The notes under the pieces are model-generated. The model saw only the letters and a list, made by a program, of their open reading frames with translations. It was not told the origin of the DNA and made no database searches. From the human T2T-CHM13v2.0 reference genome, Homo sapiens, in NCBI RefSeq assembly GCF_009914755.1, contig NC_060937.1: a stretch of DNA of 64,000 bases; one strand, written 5' to 3'. The position numbers and the translations under genes are program-made. Each line of letters starts with the position of its first letter. The stretch's first letter is position 1. This document shows, piece after piece, positions 56,820 to 64,000 of the stretch.

Positions 56820-57116
56820 AGGCGAATCTTTAGATAACCTGGACTCCCCCCGATCCAATTCTTGGAGACAGCCTCCTTGGCTCAATCAGCCCACAGGATT
56901 CTATGCTTCTTCCTCTGTGCAAGACTTTAGTCGCCCACCACCTCAGCTGGTGTCCACATCAAACCGTGCCTACATGCGGAACCCCTCCTCCAGCGTGCCC
57001 CCACCTTCAGCTGGCTCCGTGAAGACCTCCACCACAGGTGTGGCCACCACACAGTCCCCCACCCCGAGAAGCCATTCCCCTTCAGCTTCACAGTCAGGCT
57101 CTCAGCTGCGTAACAG
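56820..57116 (+). CDS. LMO7: LMO7 exon, Ser/Pro-rich (GESLDNLDSPRSNSW...SQLRN)
   Basis: tttcag|A; CAG|gtgagg; 297 nt, phase 2/2. Confidence 0.95.
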
Positions 57117-58987
57117 GTGAGGCCCTTGCTGTTTCTCTTTCTTCTCTTAGTCTTGGGTATTTTTTCATTAAAATATCCCCCAAATCCTGTCCAAGTTTTC
57201 CAATGAAGAAGAAAAAGAAGCCCTTTTGAATGTGTCAAATTTGGTATTCTAGTATGAAATCAATGAAGGCTTGCTTAATACCATTCCATGCAACTCTAAT
57301 AGCATTTCTAGATGTCTTGTGAAGCCACTGGAGACTTTGAAGGTGTCTACTTGTTGCCATCGTCTCATTTGCCTGTGTTTGTGGTCAGTGTCTTGGATGT
57401 AAGACATACCAGAATACTTCTCAGTGTGGAATCATGAAAACATATAGCAGCTCACGAATGCTTCTCAAATTTCTGAGTGAAATCAGTATTGTCAAATAGC
57501 TGACTATTTTCATGACAGTGTCATACAAACTCACAGGAACTGAGTGTAAAAGAAGAGCGTTACAATGCTTTTCCGGGCATGCTCCATCGTCTGGGGGACT
57601 TCTGACTAGCTGGATTAAAGAAATGCAAAGTCGGATAGATCTTGCTTTGGGGGTTTTTGATTGCGAAAATAATTGCTTGGGCGTTCTGTTTGCCCACATT
57701 TTGTTGAGGCTACATCAGCTGGATTCGGTGGGGAATATGGTGTGGGAAGTGTATATGTTATGATAGGGTGTTATGTTTTTATGTGGAGTGAAGCTCAGAT
57801 ATCAGCCCTGCTTGGGTTTTTAGGTCTGGGTGGCTTCTCCACAGATCTTTCATGCCTCATGTAAGTATATGGGGCAGTGCTGCTCTCCTCACCCCAAGAA
57901 AGTGCTGTTGGCATGTACTCCTTTCCATCACAAATGGAATACTTCAAAGTAGAAACACATTGATTAATATTAAGACTTTTTAAAGCCATCAGATAAGAGA
58001 CTTTCATAAGAAAACATGTTTTATATAAATCCAAAATAATTTTACAGGTACTAGTATATAAAGTGTGTATCAATGAGTTTGAATTGAGAGAACAGAGGTG
58101 AAGATTTAGGGTAAATTTGGGTACGGTAGGGAGGTGCAGTCTATGGGATGACAGGAAGACAGAGGAGGGGGGACCCATTTACTGACGGAGAGACCCACTC
58201 TGGGAGAGCAGAGGGAGGGGCTGAGGGCTTTTCTGACCTAAGAAGGTCCTGATCTAGGAGGTGGTCCTCTTAAGCGCCGTGCTCATGCTGTGGGGGTGCA
58301 GAGATGTGGAAGAACGGGTGCCGCCTTACCAACTGGGAGAGGAGAAAAGACCTGTATACAAAAGTAGAGTAGAAATCCTCCTCCCCTCTCTCCATGGCAG
58401 CTGTTAGGTACTTTTCATTTCCTTCCCTGCAGAGACAATCCTGTAAGTCAGAGGCACAGTCAGGAAAAGCACTGACATTTCTCTGTAACTAGAAAACTGG
58501 GTGATCAAGAAAGAGGGCGAAAAATAAGTCTGAGAAAAATAGGTCGTAGAGGACTTGCAAAGCCTCTTGAAGAAAGCTGGGGCCACCCTTTTGGTGCTCT
58601 GAGGGGGTAGGAGGACATGATCAGCATTGTGTGCTTTGGTTTAACTGGCAAGAAGATGTAGGTGGATGAGATGAGGGGCGACTATTGCTGAGTACAGATG
58701 TGATCAAAGGAAGATAGTATCAGAAACTGCAGGATGGACTAATTACACTGAAATTGCTCATTTATGTGAATAGGTGTCAAGGGTCTCAGAGCTGCCATGG
58801 AGATGGTTCAAAGTTAGAGTATAATCAAGGCACTCTTTAGTTGGCTGGTAAAAGTTATTCTCCCACAGATATATGTATAGAGCTTTTCTTAAATTATTAT
58901 CAGTGTTAATAGCAGAGTGTGACTTTTAAAGAAGAATCTTGAGCTGCCCAGGTGAAAGCCTCCATTCCATTCTTGTTCTGCATCTAG

Positions 58988-59096
58988 GTCAGTCAGTGGG
59001 AAGCGCATATGCTCCTACTGCAATAACATTCTGGGCAAAGGAGCCGCCATGATCATCGAGTCCCTGGGTCTTTGTTATCATTTGCATTGTTTTAAG
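58988..59096 (+). CDS. LMO7: LMO7 exon, LIM first finger ([36 protein letters not shown])
   Basis: atctag|G; AAG|gtgaga; 109 nt, phase 2/0; CxxC...HxxC. Confidence 0.96.
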
Positions 59097-60233
59097 GTGA
59101 GACTGAGACAAACAGCTTGCAGGCCTGCAAAGCTTTGCTTGGAGAGCGCATGGCTGCTTTGAGCCGCTGGGTGTAGATGTGCCACTAACAAGCTAGGTGC
59201 TGTATTCGTCCATCTGTGCTGCATTTGAGTCACAAATTGCTTGCTCCTCCCTAGTTCTCAAATCTTGAACCTTGTTTTAAAACTTAAATCTGGAAAAATT
59301 TTGCATTTTCTATTTCTAATCTGTTAGAATTCTATACATTTACAGTACATAAGTTGCTTTCTCTAAGATGCTGTCAGAGGCATACTTGAAATATAATTTA
59401 CAAATAACCTACTAGTGTTGTTAAGGGCAGGGACACATGCAGTTATCACAGTGTCTGAAAGCCTAGCTTTGAGTAGGAAGAATATGTAAGGAAAACCATT
59501 ACCATTGTAGCTATTTTTATAATTGCACAGCCTGTTTATACCTGATAGGTTTTCACACATAAGAAGGAACTAAGGCTGTAATTGTTTGGTTTTGTAATCT
59601 CTGTCTCTAAAGACATATCTGTTTGATTCTTGAACTTGCATTGGGCCAGAGAAAGATTCTGGTTGTTGATCCTGGAGGCCCGCAGACCACAGCTTGTTTA
59701 AGCCTGTCCATTGCTGGCTTGGGCTGTTCCTAGGCACAGCAGAATGAGTCAAGATAATTAGAGTTTGGGCACATGGAATCGAAATATCCAGCCTTGAAGT
59801 GAGGCGCTGTGTGGGAACACTTGCTAAGCTAGTGCAGCAGGGACACTGGGAGCGGCCCACCCCAGGGTGGAGTGCCAGGGCCCAGCCTTCATTCACTCTG
59901 GCCACTTCTTTCATGGGGGGCCTTACCTGCCATTCCTCTGGGGGGATAAAAACTAAATTTCTTAAAGTCAATCAGCAAATTATTTCTATTTTTGGGGAGT
60001 ATATTTAGACTGGTCATCTTGGCTCTTAATATTGGCTTTATGAATTCTTTAACATCTTATCTGGCGGGCTTGATTTGAATCTACTAATCATCTTTCGGCC
60101 TTTTTTTTTCTTTGCTGAAATGTATCTAAGAGCTTAGAAGTAGCATTCTGCTCATTTCCCCCCCACCCCCAGGAGTGCCCCAAGCTTTCTTGAGCTGACT
60201 GATTGTAGATGTTCTTTTTTTTTTGTTCCCCAG

Positions 60234-60336
60234 TGTGTTGCCTGTGAGTGTGACCTCGGAGGCTCTTCCTCAGGAGCTGAAGTCAGGATCAGAAACCACC
60301 AACTGTACTGCAACGACTGCTATCTCAGATTCAAAT
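60234..60336 (+). CDS. LMO7: LMO7 exon, LIM second finger (CVACECDLGGSSSGAEVRIRNHQLYCNDCYLRFK)
   Basis: ccccag|TGT; AAT|gtaaga; 103 nt, phase 0/1. Confidence 0.96.
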
Positions 60337-61648
60337 GTAAGAGAGCAAATCAGAGAGAAAATTTCTTGCCTTTTAAGGAGGCCACGGGTTCCCATGCATT
60401 TCCCTGAACCTGCAGCGAGCTCCCCTCCAAGTTCACTGCCATAGGATTCCAGGTTTCAAGAATTGTAGTGTGTTCCCTTCAAAGAGTGTGTATAGTGAAT
60501 GGGTCACTGCTCAGGGTTCCAGCTACACAGGAGTGGGTTGTGGGGCCAAGGAATGGAGAGGAACAGTGTCCAAAAGTCAGGATGGTGTCTTGTGTTATCT
60601 GCCCAGAGTCCGCAGAGACCTTTAATGACTCAAGAATACAAACAAACCAAAACACTTAAATGAATCTTCTATGTAGGATTTGTTTCTTGACTAAAGATTG
60701 GTCCCTCATCAACTTCTATTATTTAACAATGGGCTTTGATTATGTGATTTAGAATATGACCAACTTTAAAAAATATTGTTCCATGTAATACAAAATAAGT
60801 CAGTTTATGCTTTATGTTAATATATGTCAATATATAATTTTAAAAGGAAAGTATTAACTATGGTGTTTCAGTGTCATTTTTGGAAAAAATGAGTTTTTCA
60901 AAAAACTTCAAATGCTACTTTGCATCTAAGCATGTGTTTGTGTGTTATAAAAGGTAGGCTAGCATAACTAGGTTGTGTGTTGTGTATAGCTACAGCAAGA
61001 CAAGTATTACTGCTGTTTTATATTTTAAACCTTGATGCTGGTAACATGTGTTTCTTCCTTATTGTGAAAGGGTGTTACAAGTGGTATCAGCAAAATCATT
61101 TGCTTTTGAACTCTGAGGTATTTATATGGCCCCTATGTGAAGAGTGCTTTGGAAATGGTTTAAGCCCAGTCAACTCTCTTTTATCTGTCGGTGGGTTCTG
61201 AGCCTTCCTGCTGCAGCTGTCCAGTCCTTTCCTGGATGCTGACACTGAGGTTGGAGAAAGTCAAGGCTGGGCATGTACTGGTGGGGGGTGTGTGTATGTG
61301 TGTGTGTTTTTCTCTCTCTCATCAAATTCCAAAGCCAAATAGAAATGATTTCTGGAATCACCATTGTAAAATTGCCCATGCCTTTTCTCTCCTCCAAAAC
61401 AAATAATAGAGAGTTGAGTGTAATTTATTTCTATTGTGAGCAGTTCATTTTTACTCCATTTTTACAAATAAAGAATTCCAGAGACGAGACACTGAGACTT
61501 GCCTAGCTTTATCCTAAGAGTGAGTGACAGGTTACTCTTTCTACCTCATTGGGCCACTTTCTGAGTGATGACTGCTATGTATCCCAGATGGCAATATTCA
61601 CGTTTCTGAATCTAAGCACTTTTCTTTCTTTTCTCCTTGCCCGATCAG

Positions 61649-61671
61649 CTGGACGGCCAACCGCCATGTGA
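61649..61671 (+). CDS. LMO7: LMO7 terminal coding exon (SGRPTAM*)
   Basis: pyrimidine tract+gatcag|CT GGA CGG CCA ACC GCC ATG TGA. Confidence 0.92.
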
Positions 61672-63598
61672 TGTAAGCCTCCATACGAAAGCACTGTTGC
61701 AGATAGAAGAAGAGGTGGTTGCTGCTCATGTAGATCTATAAATATGTGTTGTATGTCTTTTTTGCTTTTTTTTTAAAAAAAAGAATAACTTTTTTTGCCT
61801 CTTTAGATTACATAGAAGCATTGTAGTCTTGGTAGAACCAGTATTTTTGTTGTTTATTTATAAGGTAATTGTGTGTGGGGAAAAGTGCAGTATTTACCTG
61901 TTGAATTCAGCATCTTGAGAGCACAAGGGAAAAAATAAGAACCTACGAATATTTTTGAGGCAGATAATGATCTAGTTTGACTTTCTAGTTAGTGGTGTTT
62001 TGAAGAGGGTATTTTATTGTTTTTTAAAAAAAGGTTCTTAAACATTATTTGAAATAGTTAATATAAATACATAATTGCATTTGCTCTGTTTATTGTAATG
62101 TATTCTAAATTAATGCAGAACCATATGGAAAATTTCATTAAAATCTATCCCCAAATGTGCTTTCTGTATCCTTCCTTCTACCTATTATTCTGATTTTTAA
62201 AAATGCAGTTAATGTACCATTTATTTGCTTGATGAAGGGAGCTCTATTTTCTTTACCAGAAATGTTGCTAAGTAATTCCCAATAGAAAGCTGCTTATTTT
62301 CATTAATGAAAAATAACCATGGTTTGTATACTAGAAGTCTTCTTCAGAAACTGGTGAGCCTTTCTGTTCAATTGCATTTGTAAATAAACTTGCTGATGCA
62401 TTTAACGAGTGGGTCGTCTTTTTCTTAGGTGTATGTGTCTGACCTCAGGCCTTTTAGCCATATTTCAGTATGTGGCCTTTTTTGATGTTATGTTTTATCC
62501 AGTAGCTTTACTAAGGTATAATTGATGTAATAAACTGCATATATTTAAAGTGTATACTTTGACAAATTTTGACATGGTGTATACCTTCGAAACTATGCCA
62601 CAGTCTGGATGTGTTTACTGAAACATTTTAATAAGGAAGTTTATTTTTGATAAAGTTATGTTTTTGGATACAATATATTTGTATGGTGAGAGTGATGAAT
62701 TGTTGGATCATTTGAATAAAATCTTTTACTAACCCCATGATAAAAGGAGAAGACAACAGTGAGCTTAGAATATCTATAAAGCAAAAAATGTAGTCTCTTG
62801 TTTAAAAAATCTGGAGCGGGAATGCAAGGATACAAAACTTTAGCATGCTTTGAGCAAAAATTTAAACTTACTGGAATCTTTTATAATAATGTAAGTGGAA
62901 TGGAGGATTCTAGGAACTGAGAACTGTATTGGAATAGGTTCAAAATATGTAAGAAATGCTAATGTGGGAGATAAAAATTTTATTTAGTACTTATTCTGAT
63001 TATTATTAAAGTAATAATGTGTTCCTTGAGGATAACTTGTCAAATGCCCCAAAGCATAAAGAATATAATTCTGAATCCCAAATTCCAAAGACAAGAACTC
63101 TGTGTTTGAATTCATTCTGCATATAATTATTTATAAGTATAGATTGTGAATTTTTCCATGTTCTTAAAATTATTTTTATCTTTTTTCATGGTTGCATAGT
63201 GCTCCATTGTTTGGCCTTGGTAATATTTAGTTGATAATTCCATTACTGTGTATTTTTCACTTGTTTCTAAGATCAAACATTTTAATATGTGCATGTTATA
63301 TATAAATATGTAAATTCTGTGATACTCTATGATCATCTCTTTCTTTATATTATTTTCATAGACATGAAATAGTTGCTCAGAGATTATGCATTTTAAGACA
63401 CTCATAGTATATATTGCCAAAGTGGTTTCCAGAAAGGCACTGCTGGCTTCGACTCCTATAAGCAGCACGTGGGCTTGTTCATCTCACTGCATGTTTATGA
63501 AGATACAGTTCTTTTGCCTTGTTCTCTGCCTGATGTGTATGCAGAGGCAGCCCTCAATATGCAGTGGTTGAATAAATGAATGAAGAAACCACTATCAA
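61672..63598 (+). other. LMO7: LMO7 3' UTR (AT-rich, tandem poly(A) signals)
   Basis: Follows the stop codon; AATAAA at 62383, 62529, 62715 and 63571; the end coordinate is an estimate. Confidence 0.7.
63571..63576 (+). terminator. Candidate distal polyadenylation signal AATAAA
   Basis: Followed about 20 nt later by CA and a U-rich downstream stretch. Confidence 0.6.
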
Positions 63599-64000
63599 TT
63601 TCTGCCTTGTTAATTCTGTTTTCCACTGTCCCCAGAGGATGCCTTAATTCTGCCATCATTTTCGTTTCCTTATCCAAAATCCTTTCTGACCATTGCTCCT
63701 TTTCATCTAAGCCTTTTGTCTTTTCATCTGCTCTTGTTTTCTTATGATTTTTTCCCCCATTTCTCACATTATCTTACTTAGTGATAACATTTCTGTTAGT
63801 ACAAATTATAAGTACAGTTTTCAGAGCTATTTTCTTCTAGGATACCGGCTCTACATTTGTATAAGCCCTTGGGTATTTGTTACTTCACCTAGGAACAAGG
63901 GAAGAGTCCAGCCCTTCAACAAATTTTTTAATTCATACTTTATGCTCCAGGCACTGCTTTTGGCACCATGGGTAGAACAGTGAAGAAATACAGTCTTGGC

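Noticed and set aside
60223-60444. ORF-track 73-aa peptide as a separate gene
   Set aside because: It is the alternative frame of the LIM exon plus intron read-through, covered under the dual-coding finding

Overview
This is eukaryotic genomic DNA, primate-type (Alu-containing) and most likely human chr13q22. It covers the 3' portion of LMO7 (LIM domain 7) on the + strand, from the end of the CH domain to the stop codon and 3' UTR. I traced about 28 GT-AG exons with consistent phases, encoding the CH C-terminus, the DUF4757/alpha region, PDZ, coiled coil and LIM domain. The introns carry Alu, L1, L2, MIR, MaLR-LTR and DNA-transposon remnants. No prokaryotic system, CRISPR array or RNA gene is supported. 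The most interesting signals are: (1) five frame-neutral phase-2 cassette exons (8.6-12.9 kb) carrying most copies of a repeated [PD]xxx-DD-[LMF]-xx-R[RK] motif, flanked by dense RBFOX sites; (2) a microexon junction that switches RSKS to GSKS; (3) dual-frame use of the last two exons; (4) a 230-bp copy of an exon/intron junction inserted into an old L1 near a perfect 58-bp palindrome; (5) inverted Alus around a potentially stop-free circular ORF. The gene and repeat-family calls come from recognition, not from a database search.
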